A stretch of DNA of 64,000 nt from contig JAFXQB010000005.1 of assembly GCA_017527435.1 (NCBI GenBank), forward strand, positions 165,322-229,321, read 5' to 3'. The position numbers and the translations under genes are program-made. The notes beneath the pieces were generated by a model. It made no database searches, was not told the DNA's origin, and saw only the letters and a program-made list of their open reading frames with translations. This document shows, piece by piece, positions 55,322-64,000 of this stretch. How positions within the stretch are numbered: the stretch's first letter is position 1; every line of letters begins with the position of its first letter. The DNA comes from Salinivirgaceae bacterium. Lineage in GTDB: Bacteria; Bacteroidota; Bacteroidia; Bacteroidales; SZUA-534.

Positions 55322-56116
55322 TTAATAAAATACAGTGATGTAGCCGTTCAGCGGGTTATAGTCGGTTGAGCCCTCCTCAACAGTGATAACATAAAAATAG
55401 GTTCCTGGCGAAACCAGCGTGCCCTGCGGGTTGTATCCGTCCCACACAATGTTCTCGGTTCCGGTGCGGCTGAACATCTTATAACCCCAGCGGTTGAAAA
55501 TCTCAAGCTTAAGCCGGGCTCCATTGGCCGAAATCATAAAGTAGTCGTTCTGCCCATCACCGTTCGGGGTGAAGACGTTCGGCACCTGAGTCGACGCTTC
55601 TATAACGACAGCATGCATGGTGGTGTCGATGCAATTCTGGTTGTCGGTGGTGGTGAGAATGGCATTGTAAATGCCGGGGGCACTATAAGTGTGCTCGGTT
55701 TTGTTTCCTGTAGCGGTTGAGCCGTCGCCGAAATCCCAAGTGAAATTATGGCTGGCTCCCGAATTTGCAGTGAACACTTTGGTGTTGCGCTGCGCCGTGG
55801 TATCAATGTCAAATCCGACTTTCGGCATGGCGTTCACGGTGATGGTTTTCTCTTCGGTCTTTGATTCACCACCGTTCTTAGTGGCCGTTATTTTTACAGT
55901 GTAAGTTCCGGCTTCATATTTGTGAGTCGGCTCAATGCTGTTGTCAGCTGCACTGCCATCGCCAAAAGTCCACGAGAAAGTGTCGTACCGGTTTGCCAGA
56001 CTATATTTGAACTTCAAATTCTCGTTTTCACACAGATTGCCATCAATAACAATATCTTGCGCCGATACAGAAAAGGCGGCTGCCACGATTGTCAGTAATA
56101 CAGAAATTCGCTTCAT
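55322..56116 (-). CDS. Secreted protein with two PKD domains and a T9SS type B (gliding-motility-associated) C-terminal sorting domain
   Basis: 264 aa from ATG 56116 (MKRISVLLTIVAAAFSVSAQD). It has PKD signatures WTFGDGS and WDFGDGS. The C-terminus VPNVFTPNGDGQNDYF...IFNRWGYKMF...WDG....G..VSPGTYFYV is present. Confidence 0.82.
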   Translation of the reverse strand: MKRISVLLTIVAAAFSVSAQDIVIDGNLCENENLKFKYSLANRYDTFSWTFGDGSAADNSIEPTHKYEAGTYTVKITATKNGGESKTEEKTITVNAMPKVGFDIDTTAQRNTKVFTANSGASHNFTWDFGDGSTATGNKTEHTYSAPGIYNAILTTTDNQNCIDTTMHAVVIEASTQVPNVFTPNGDGQNDYFMISANGARLKLEIFNRWGYKMFSRTGTENIVWDGYNPQGTLVSPGTYFYVITVEEGSTDYNPLNGYITVFY

Positions 56117-56186
56117 TGCATTCAAAATGATTACAAACATAAACATTTTTAACGACAGCGCTAAAAATGTGCTGTTTTATTTTCAT

Positions 56187-57821
56187 TTAGCCGATTTTGA
56201 ACGGCTCTTCGGCTTCAATAACCGTTTCGGCGCCTGTCGCGGGATGGATGAACGAAATGCCGGCAGCATGAAGCATGAGCCTGTCGGCGGGTGAGCCATA
56301 CAGATTGTCGCCGACGATGGGGCACCCCAGTCCTAGCTGATGGGCGGCGTGAACGCGCAGTTGATGCGTGCGGCCTGTCTCGGGGTAAAAATTCACAAGC
56401 GTTTGGCTATTGGTCCGGGCGACGACCGTGAAACGGGTAACGGCCTTTTTCCCATGCTCATAATCGACCATTTGCCGCGGCCGGTCACTGATGTCGGGGC
56501 GCAGTGGAAGAGTGATGGTGCCGCTGTCGTCTTTAATAATCCCGTCGAGCACGGCCACATAACGTTTTTTTACGGCACGTGTGGCGAATTGCCGCTGCAG
56601 TGTCTTGAAAACCGCTTCGGTTTTGGCAATGAGCAAGATGCCCGATGTGTCCATGTCGAGCCGGTGCACCATCAACGGGCCGCTGGCATCCGGAAACATC
56701 TCTCTTGCAATGGAATAAGCCGACACTTTATGCTCTTTCCCCGGCACCGACGGCAGTCCTGCCGGCTTGTCGATGGCGGCAATCCATTGGTCGTTGTAGA
56801 TGATTTTCAGTTCGGTTGCAGCTTGCTTTCTGAGCGGATTGGGTTCAACGTCGAGACCTTGAAGCATGAAGTTCAGCAGCGGCTCGCACTTGCTGTGGCA
56901 CGCCGGATAGAACGCCCCGTGGTGCCGCACTTCGCCTTCCGGCGACTTCCCCCACCAAAATTCGGCCATTGCAACAGGCTGAAATCCATTGGCAAATGCC
57001 GCCTGCAGCAGCTTCGGCGCCGCGCACTCGCCTGTGGCGGCCGGTGGCTCGGTGCCGCGCTCGTCGGCAAAAATTCTGGTCACGGTTTTTCGCTCGCCGC
57101 GTGCGTTCAGAACAACATACTGGTTGAAAAGCCATGTCTGCAGCTCTTCCGACCGCTGCTGCCGCAGTTTTTTTAGTCTTTCGATTTCTGATTTGACACC
57201 GGCTATTTCGGCCTCAACTTTTGCAATTTCGTCGGCCCAGCGACGCTCAATGCGTTTCCGTTCGGCCTTCTCAAACTGGCTCTGGCGGATTAGCTCAGCT
57301 TCTTTTTCGGCTGTCAGATTCTGCTGGCGCTGTGCTGCACGCTCAGCTTTGTGCTGCTTGGCAAGAGCCGCAAACCTGCCGGTTTCTTCTTCGGCCTGAC
57401 AACGCATTGCCAAAAGCCGTTCTTCGGTCTGGCGCAGAGCCGTGCTGCTTTCAAGTGCCGCTATCTGTCTGTTGAGTTCCGAAATGACTTTTTCCTCGGT
57501 GCGGAAATGTCCGTCGGGTGCGGTGATGTCGAAAATGGGTGGTACGAAATAACTGTGCTGGCCCCTGCCGCCAATGTTCCCCGAGAAAGCCGCCAGAAAG
57601 CCCAGCTGTCCGCTGCCGGCTTTGGCCACCAGCACACCAAACATCTTCCCTTCGGCAAGCTCGGCAGCCCAGTCGGTTCGGGTGGACAGGTAGTCCTGCA
57701 CCTGCCTGGCAGCCGCCACAGCCAGCGGATGTGGTGTGTAGCAGAACGGGCATGTGAATAGTTCCGGCAGGACAATTTTGCCGGACGTCTCGGGAAAGGC
57801 GTGAAACCAATCGGGAAGCAT
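56187..57821 (-). CDS. RluA-family pseudouridine synthase with a roughly 320-aa N-terminal extension
   Basis: 544 aa. The C-terminal about 220 aa carry the catalytic motif HRLDMDTSGILLIAK and TGRTHQLRVH. The N-terminal part has Cys motifs and a coiled-coil insert of about 110 aa. Confidence 0.85.
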   Translation of the reverse strand: MLPDWFHAFPETSGKIVLPELFTCPFCYTPHPLAVAAARQVQDYLSTRTDWAAELAEGKMFGVLVAKAGSGQLGFLAAFSGNIGGRGQHSYFVPPIFDITAPDGHFRTEEKVISELNRQIAALESSTALRQTEERLLAMRCQAEEETGRFAALAKQHKAERAAQRQQNLTAEKEAELIRQSQFEKAERKRIERRWADEIAKVEAEIAGVKSEIERLKKLRQQRSEELQTWLFNQYVVLNARGERKTVTRIFADERGTEPPAATGECAAPKLLQAAFANGFQPVAMAEFWWGKSPEGEVRHHGAFYPACHSKCEPLLNFMLQGLDVEPNPLRKQAATELKIIYNDQWIAAIDKPAGLPSVPGKEHKVSAYSIAREMFPDASGPLMVHRLDMDTSGILLIAKTEAVFKTLQRQFATRAVKKRYVAVLDGIIKDDSGTITLPLRPDISDRPRQMVDYEHGKKAVTRFTVVARTNSQTLVNFYPETGRTHQLRVHAAHQLGLGCPIVGDNLYGSPADRLMLHAAGISFIHPATGAETVIEAEEPFKIG

Positions 57822-57920
57822 AATGATACGCTTATGATAGTTACAATTCTATCAAAGTGTTAGCTGTGGTTATTTCATCTAAAAGATGAACAACCTGCGG
57901 TCCATCATCCGGCAGACAGT

Positions 57921-58202
57921 CTATAAAAGTTCGCGCTGGCTGTACTGCTCGGGGTTTTTACGGATGGCGTTGGCAAGGGCGCGGAAATCATCGGATTCAA
58001 ATTCTTCTTGTGTCAGCTCGTAAAATCTCGACGCGTCGCCACCGGGCGTCTGGAAGATTACTTCCATCACTACAACACCGCTTTTCTTGTAGACGGCGTA
58101 GTTGCGCATAAAGAAATCGATTTGGTTTTTGGTCACAACAACCTTCATTTTTGGATTTTGCGAGCTGTTCTGCTGTTCCTCTGTCTGATTCAATTCTTCC
58201 AT
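57921..58202 (-). CDS. Hypothetical small protein
   Basis: 93 aa from ATG 58202 (MEELNQTEEQQ...). Its codon usage resembles its neighbours. No family recognised. Confidence 0.4.
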   Translation of the reverse strand: MEELNQTEEQQNSSQNPKMKVVVTKNQIDFFMRNYAVYKKSGVVVMEVIFQTPGGDASRFYELTQEEFESDDFRALANAIRKNPEQYSQRELL

Positions 58203-58343
58203 TTTAAAACACACATATTAGTTAACATCTCACCAACCGCCAAGAACGGTCGGCAAAACTGCCTTTTTTGCAAAAAGCTTCGCAATATAGCAAAACTTCT
58301 ATAAAGCGTACCGCGAAAACCGCCCAACGGTCATATTCTGTGG

Positions 58344-61300
58344 TCAGTCGTCATAATCAATGGCGTCGGCAGGCACCAAGCTTTCCATTTCATCGTCAGA
58401 CTGTTCCACAACTTCTTCTTTTTTCCGGCGTTGCTTCCATTTGTCGTCGTTCAGAGTGAACGATACCATGTTTTCGTTTTTGTACAGAAAATCAGCCAGT
58501 TCGCTGGACACTTCGATTGACTGTGCGTGCGACAGCAGATTCAGCGTCAGGCCGGTTTGCTCATCCTGCACCATGAAATAGAGATTCACATTGCCTTTCT
58601 TCTGCAGAGCGTCCTGCAGCATCTTGATGTTCATCTTGTTCAAATCGCCAAGGTTGATTTTGATGGTGATTTTTTTTATTAACTCATCTTTGATATTGCT
58701 TAGCAGTCTGACGCTCTTAACCTTCACCTCGAGTGGCTTTTTGCCTTCCTTGTCGGCATATTGGCGTTCCTCAACCCTGGCTTTTATGAACAGCGTGCTG
58801 TTTTTGTCAATGGTTCTACCGAACGACTCGTAATCTTTCCCGAACAAGGCTATTTCCTTGCTGCCGTTATAGTCTTCAATGACGAACACCTTGTAGGGCT
58901 TGTTGTTTTTTGTCAGTCCCTCGCGCGATTCGGTAACAAGTCCGCCAAACGACACGTCGCAGTTTCTGAACCGTTCCAGGTCCGACAGCTCGTTAGGCGA
59001 AACGGTGCAGTAGTAATCGAGCTCGAAGCGGAACGGGTCGAGCGGGTGTCCCGAAAGGAAGATACCCACAACTTCTTTCTCAAGATTGAGTTTCTCGAGC
59101 AGCGGCATCTCGGGCACATCAGGCACATGCGGACGCGGAATGGCAACCGTCTCGCTCATCTGGCCGAAGAGTGTGTTTGTATTGCTTTTCTTGTCGGTCT
59201 GATAAACGTTGCCGTAACGCACCAGCGTGTCAAGGAAGCGGTCACGGTCCGACGACTCACCAAAAAACACCTCCCGCCTAACGTCGAGCGAGTCGAAAGC
59301 GCCGGCCTGGGCAAGGCTTTGGATGGTTTTTGAGTTGCACGAAGCCAGATTGATGCGCTCAACAAAATCGAAAATGTCTTTGTATTTGCCATTGGCCTCA
59401 CGCTCTTTCACAATCGATTCAACGGCTCCGCCACCAACGCCTTTGATGCCGCCAAGTCCGAAACGGATCTCTCCCTTCTTGTTCACGGTGAAGTTCAGCT
59501 CCGACTCGTTAACATCAGGTCCTTTCACGGTTATCTTCATGGCTTTGCACTCTTCCATGAACTTCTGCACATCGGTAATCGAGTCCTTGCTCTGCGTAAG
59601 GTTGGCAGCCATATACTCTGCCGGATAGTGCGCCTTCAGGTAGCCTGTCTGATAGGCCACCCAAGCGTAGCAGGCGGCGTGCGATTTGTTGAAGGCGTAC
59701 GATGCGAATTTCTCCCAGTCGGCCCAAATCTTGAGCAGAATCTTTTCATCATGGCCGTTTTTCTTTCCGCCCTCGATGAACTTCGGCTTCAGCATTGCCA
59801 GCATTGCGGCTATCTTCTTACCCATGGCTTTACGCAGGGTATCGGCCTCGCCACGGGTGAATCCAGCCAGCAGCCGGCTCAGCAGCATCACTTGCTCCTG
59901 ATAGACGGTTACTCCGTAAGTGTCCTTCAGATATTTTTCCATCACTGGAATGTCGTAGGTGATGGGCTCCTCTCCGTGCTTGCGGTGGATGAACTGCGGA
60001 ATGTAGTCCATCGGGCCCGGACGGTAGAGTGCGTTCATGGCAATAAGGTCCGATATCTGCGTGGGCTGCAAATCGCGCAAGTACTTCTGCATGCCGGGGC
60101 TTTCAAACTGGAACGTACCGATGGTGCGGCCCTCGCTGTAGAGCTTGTAAGTCAGCTTGTCGTCGATTGGTATGTGGTCGATGTCAATGTCTTTTCCGGT
60201 GGTTTTCTTTATGTTGCGAATAGCTTCTTTGATGAGCGACAACGTGCTCAACCCCAGAAAGTCCATTTTGATTAAACCAACACTTTCAACAACGTGTCCA
60301 TCGTATTGTGTTACAACAACATCCTGATTGGTTTTCCGGTCTTTAACAGTGCAGACAGGTGCGAATTTTGTAAGGTCGTCGGCACCAATGATGACGCCGC
60401 AGGCATGAATGCCAATCTGGCGGTTGGTGTCTTCAAGTTCCTGCGCATAGGTCAGGATGGAAGGAATGGCCTCAGCCGCATCGCCAAGTTGGATGTCGGC
60501 GGTGTCCTGACCTTCGAGAAGTTTCTTGAAATCAGGTATATACTTGTAACAGTTCTTAAGGTTAACCTTCGGCATCTTCTTCGGCACGCTGCCCTCGACA
60601 GCTTTCACCTGATTCTCATCAAAATCGCGGTCGGGTACCAGCTTCTTAATGGCGTTCGATATTTTAAGGTCAATTTTCTGCACGCGGCACACGTCGGCCA
60701 GCGACGATTTGGTGGCCATGGTTCCGTAGGTGATGATGTGCGCCACTTTTTCGGCGCCATATTTCTTTGTAACCCAATCCAATACACGGCCACGGCCTTC
60801 GTCGTCGAAGTCAACATCGATATCGGGCAACGAGATACGGTCGGGGTTAAGGAAACGCTCGAACAGCAAGTCGTACTTGAGCGGGTCAAGATCAGTGATG
60901 CCAAGGCAGTAGGCCACCACCGAGCCGGCAGCCGAACCACGGCCCGGACCAACACTCACGCCCAGCTCCTCACGTGCGGCGCGAATATAGTCCTGCACAA
61001 TAAGGAAGTAGCCCGGGAAACCCATCGTCTTCATAATGTGAAGCTCGAAGGTGATACGTTCGGTCAGTTCGTCGGTCAGCGTGTCGCCATAGCGTTTTTT
61101 TGCACCGTCCCAAGTGAGTTTTGCCAGATAATCAGCTTCAAGTTTTATTCTATATAACTTATCGTAACCGCCTAATTTCTTGATTTTTTTCTCTGCTTCT
61201 TCCTGATTCAGCACCACCTCGTGCTTCTCGTTTTGTGTGAATTCGTCGAAAAGGTCTTTCTCGGTGAATTTCTGACGGTACTGCTCCTCGGTGCCAAAAT

Positions 61301-63137
61301 CCTCTGGAATCGGGAATTTCGGCATGATAGGGTCGGAATCGATGCTGTAAACCTCAACCTTGTCGGCAATCTCCTGCGTGTTGGCAAGTGCCTCGGGAAT
61401 ATCGGAAAAGATGGCGGCCATCTCTTCGGGTGTTTTCAGCCATTCCTGCTTGGTATAGTGCATGCGGCTTGGGTCGTCGAAGTCTTTGCCGGTGCTCAGG
61501 CAGATGAGCCGGTCGTGAGCCTCGCCGTGCGCTTCCTCAACAAAATGCACGTCGTTGGTGGCTATCAGTTTGATGTTGTGCTTACGGGCAAACCCGATCA
61601 GCACCTTGTTCACCTCCTGCTGACGGACAAAAACTTCCTGGTCGGCATTTGGTTTGTCGGTCTGATGGCGCTGCATCTCTAGATAGTAATCGTCGCCGAA
61701 CAGATTCTTGAACCACAACACCGACTCTTCGGCTCCCTTGATGTCGCCATTCATAATTTTCTGCGGCACCTCGCCACCCAGGCAGGCCGAGCAGCAGATA
61801 ATTCCTTCGTGGTACTGCTCCAAAAGCTCGTGGTCGATTCGGGCGTTGTAGTAGTAGCCCTCGGTGAAGGCCTTCGAACTGAGCTTGCACAGGTTTTTAT
61901 AGCCCGTTTTGTTCTTGGCAAGCAAGATAAGGTGCCATCCGCGGGTGTCTTTTTCCAGACGCGACTTGTGGGCGCAGTAGGCTTCAATGCCGATGATGGG
62001 CTTGAACGGTATAAAAGCTTCGGCTTTGGCTTTCAGCTCCTCGAGCTTTGTCTGCAGCTCGGCTTTTTTTGCTTCGTCAGTCTCTTTGTCAATTTCCTCC
62101 TGACACTCCTTGACTTTCTTTTTCGGTGCGCCGTTCACCTTGCCCGCCGTGTCAACAAAATCCTTGATTCCGAACATGTTACCATGGTCGGTCAGAGCCA
62201 TGGCGTGCATGTTGTTGGCCATACACTTGTTTATCAGATCGGGCACTTTCGACATTCCGTCGAGTATCGAGTAGTGAGAGTGGACGTGTAAGTGAGTGTA
62301 TTCAAAGTTTTTTAAATCAATGGGTTGTGATTCGGCAGGTGCCTGCTGCTCAACAACCGGTGCTTCGAACGACTCAAACTCAATCTTTTCGGGTTCGATG
62401 GGTGCCGGGTTCTGCTGCTTGAATTCCTGAAGCTCGGCATCAGTGATGCCCAGCTGCTGAGCGCCTAACACGCCAACGCGCACCAGCTCAAGGAAGCAGC
62501 GGGTAGTGGCCACCACATCGCCGGCGGCGTTGTGAGCGTCGGTGAAAGGCTCACCGAACAGCTTCTGATGCAGCTCGGTCAAGGTCGGCCATTTCGGTTT
62601 GCCCTTCTGCATGATGGCGCAGAATTCGGTCGAACTCTCTTTGGTGCACAATGAGCGCGCACCGGCCAGAACATTGTCCATGCCGCAGCGCAGGTACTCA
62701 CAGCCCACAATGCTCTTATCGAATTCGATATTGTGCCCCACAACCAGAGTAGCCTTCTGCACATCGGCGGCAAACTCGCGCAGCACAAAATCAAGGTCGC
62801 GGCCTATCTCAAGCGCTTTCTCGGTGGTTATGTGGTGCACAACCGACGCACCGATAGGAATGACGAACCCATCGGGTTTGACCACGTAGTTCTTGGCGAA
62901 AAGGAACTTTCCGTTCAGGTCGTGGCACTGCCACGCCAGCTGCACCAGCCGCGGCCAGTTTTCGAAATTGGTCAATGGCGCCTTATAGTCGGCAGGCAGC
63001 CCAGTTGTCTCAGTGTCAAAGATTAAGAACATATCGGAATCTGTTTTTTTGAGTTTATAAATATAGGTTTTTGATGCTTGGAAAATATCAGTGTTGATAA
63101 GTTTTGGCGATGACGCAAAACGCTTGTTGTCAGCCAT
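58344..63137 (-). CDS. dnaE: DNA polymerase III alpha subunit (DnaE1-type) with an N-terminal DEDDh 3'-5' exonuclease domain
   Basis: 1597 aa. Exonuclease motifs are FDTETTGL (ExoI), VGHNIEFDKSI (ExoII) and HNAAGDVVAT (ExoIII). Then come a Pro/Glu-rich linker, the PHP domain (HLHVHSHYSILDG), the pol III alpha core (KMDFLGL), an OB fold and a C-terminal domain. An alternative start is Met36. Confidence 0.9.
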   Translation of the reverse strand: MADNKRFASSPKLINTDIFQASKTYIYKLKKTDSDMFLIFDTETTGLPADYKAPLTNFENWPRLVQLAWQCHDLNGKFLFAKNYVVKPDGFVIPIGASVVHHITTEKALEIGRDLDFVLREFAADVQKATLVVGHNIEFDKSIVGCEYLRCGMDNVLAGARSLCTKESSTEFCAIMQKGKPKWPTLTELHQKLFGEPFTDAHNAAGDVVATTRCFLELVRVGVLGAQQLGITDAELQEFKQQNPAPIEPEKIEFESFEAPVVEQQAPAESQPIDLKNFEYTHLHVHSHYSILDGMSKVPDLINKCMANNMHAMALTDHGNMFGIKDFVDTAGKVNGAPKKKVKECQEEIDKETDEAKKAELQTKLEELKAKAEAFIPFKPIIGIEAYCAHKSRLEKDTRGWHLILLAKNKTGYKNLCKLSSKAFTEGYYYNARIDHELLEQYHEGIICCSACLGGEVPQKIMNGDIKGAEESVLWFKNLFGDDYYLEMQRHQTDKPNADQEVFVRQQEVNKVLIGFARKHNIKLIATNDVHFVEEAHGEAHDRLICLSTGKDFDDPSRMHYTKQEWLKTPEEMAAIFSDIPEALANTQEIADKVEVYSIDSDPIMPKFPIPEDFGTEEQYRQKFTEKDLFDEFTQNEKHEVVLNQEEAEKKIKKLGGYDKLYRIKLEADYLAKLTWDGAKKRYGDTLTDELTERITFELHIMKTMGFPGYFLIVQDYIRAAREELGVSVGPGRGSAAGSVVAYCLGITDLDPLKYDLLFERFLNPDRISLPDIDVDFDDEGRGRVLDWVTKKYGAEKVAHIITYGTMATKSSLADVCRVQKIDLKISNAIKKLVPDRDFDENQVKAVEGSVPKKMPKVNLKNCYKYIPDFKKLLEGQDTADIQLGDAAEAIPSILTYAQELEDTNRQIGIHACGVIIGADDLTKFAPVCTVKDRKTNQDVVVTQYDGHVVESVGLIKMDFLGLSTLSLIKEAIRNIKKTTGKDIDIDHIPIDDKLTYKLYSEGRTIGTFQFESPGMQKYLRDLQPTQISDLIAMNALYRPGPMDYIPQFIHRKHGEEPITYDIPVMEKYLKDTYGVTVYQEQVMLLSRLLAGFTRGEADTLRKAMGKKIAAMLAMLKPKFIEGGKKNGHDEKILLKIWADWEKFASYAFNKSHAACYAWVAYQTGYLKAHYPAEYMAANLTQSKDSITDVQKFMEECKAMKITVKGPDVNESELNFTVNKKGEIRFGLGGIKGVGGGAVESIVKEREANGKYKDIFDFVERINLASCNSKTIQSLAQAGAFDSLDVRREVFFGESSDRDRFLDTLVRYGNVYQTDKKSNTNTLFGQMSETVAIPRPHVPDVPEMPLLEKLNLEKEVVGIFLSGHPLDPFRFELDYYCTVSPNELSDLERFRNCDVSFGGLVTESREGLTKNNKPYKVFVIEDYNGSKEIALFGKDYESFGRTIDKNSTLFIKARVEERQYADKEGKKPLEVKVKSVRLLSNIKDELIKKITIKINLGDLNKMNIKMLQDALQKKGNVNLYFMVQDEQTGLTLNLLSHAQSIEVSSELADFLYKNENMVSFTLNDDKWKQRRKKEEVVEQSDDEMESLVPADAIDYDD

Positions 63138-63293
63138 TTGGCTGATAGCCTGTAGGTATTTCTTTGATAATCATAACTGAAATTTTTTATAACCGTCTGT
63201 AACTATTCAGGGCGCAATAGTAACGGCAGCCTGTGCGAGATTGCGGCATAGGTTCGGTGAAAAATTCAAAAAAAGCGATTTTTTTCGCCGACA

Positions 63294-64000
63294 CTATTTC
63301 ACCATGTGTCTTTTGCGATAGAGCTGATAAGAATTGACAAAGTTGTGCCAGATGCTGTATAGTCCGCCGGCCACGGCCACCACAGGATTCATGAAGGTGT
63401 AGGCCATCCAGATGATGAAGACGGTGTTCTTCTGCCCCATGGCCTGTCCGCCGCTGATGCGGTCGTGGTAGCGCCCGCCGATGCGCTTGCCCAGCCAGAA
63501 CTGCAGGGCGCAGCACACAAAGGTGACCGCAAGCATTCCCGCAAAGCACAAAACGGAAATCCGGCTGTTGACAATGGCTCGCGTGGTGACGGCCATGGCC
63601 AGCGCCAGCGCCACCATCCAGATGTAGAATGCCAAATCGCGGACCGACACCACCATCTGCAGAAAGCGTGGCAGGAACAGCCGCGTGAGCCATGCAAGCG
63701 CGAACGGGAAGACCAGCAGCGGAAAAACCCGCTTTATGATGATGAAAAACGAGTGTGCGAAACTCATTCCGATGCCCGGATTGACCACCGGCACCACCGC
63801 CGGCACCACCAGCGCCGTGACAATGTTTATCAGAATGGTGTAGCCCACCAGCGATAGTGTGTTGCCGCCCAGCTTGTCGGTCACCACCACGGCGGCAGTG
63901 GCTGTTGGGCAGATAAGGCACACCATGGCGCTTTCCACAATGATACCCCACTCGCTTCCGCGCAGAAGGCACGCCACCGCAGCCATCGCCACAAACGCGC
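63294..64000 (-). CDS. Bile acid:sodium symporter (BASS/SBF-like) family transporter, 5' end beyond the window
   Basis: The frame stays open to position 64000, and the track start 63992 is an internal GTG. The sequence is polytopic and hydrophobic. The C-terminal GGQAMGQKNT...FMNP region resembles SBF-like permeases from memory. Confidence 0.65.
   Translation of the reverse strand, partial: AFVAMAAVACLLRGSEWGIIVESAMVCLICPTATAAVVVTDKLGGNTLSLVGYTILINIVTALVVPAVVPVVNPGIGMSFAHSFFIIIKRVFPLLVFPFALAWLTRLFLPRFLQMVVSVRDLAFYIWMVALALAMAVTTRAIVNSRISVLCFAGMLAVTFVCCALQFWLGKRIGGRYHDRISGGQAMGQKNTVFIIWMAYTFMNPVVAVAGGLYSIWHNFVNSYQLYRKRHMVK

Noticed and set aside
63187-63972. 261-aa minus-strand ORF overlapping the transporter gene
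   Set aside because: It is an alternative frame of the same strand with a Gly/Arg/His-rich nonsense composition. The 63294.. frame gives a coherent polytopic membrane protein.

Overview
This 64-kb chromosomal window comes from a Bacteroidales-type genome. I infer the taxon from gldH, T9SS type A and type B C-terminal sorting domains, a DUF3098-ftsX-truB neighbourhood and TAnnTTTG -7 promoter boxes; no database was consulted. Most of it is housekeeping: PBP1A, tRNA-Leu/tRNA-Gly, PSP1-gldH, trmB, a heptose-7-P kinase-like gene, trpS, tex, an S41 peptidase, dxs, hppA, rnr, nifJ/PFOR, queA, truB, ftsX, sbcDC, an RluA-family synthase and dnaE. The supplied ORF track omits a gene of at least 824 codons running off the left edge (1..2472, minus strand). 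Many long listed ORFs are antisense shadows of real genes. Non-routine content: (1) A REP-associated tyrosine transposase (RAYT, 20844..21413) is flanked by near-identical GTAGAGACG...CGTCTCTAC palindromes and carries a third copy in-frame inside its own CDS. Further copies sit as intergenic hairpins, as decayed half-sites and in-frame inside the T9SS sorting domain of a 984-aa LRR protein. (2) Two visibly AT-rich insertions (about 27.7-28.7 kb and 41.4-43.2 kb) begin with the same promoter (exact TAACTTTG -7 box) plus a long homologous 5' leader. They carry unrelated cargo genes and end in the same REP-derived composite tail. This is cassette-like, but no recombinase lies in the window. (3) A two-gene operon (37399..41336) encodes an isopropylmalate-synthase homologue with every catalytic metal and substrate residue substituted but the LeuA regulatory domain intact. 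The downstream gene is a xylose-isomerase-like TIM barrel fused to an acyl-CoA ligase. (4) A C14-A-C4-A-C4 tract lies 121 nt upstream of a secreted-protein gene inside a low-GC island (43.2-46.3 kb). (5) dnaE carries an N-terminal DEDDh exonuclease domain, and the RluA synthase has a roughly 320-aa Cys-motif and coiled-coil N-terminal extension. No CRISPR array, rRNA, integrase or recognisable defence system was seen. All family calls rest on motifs read by eye and on memory of families, not on searches.
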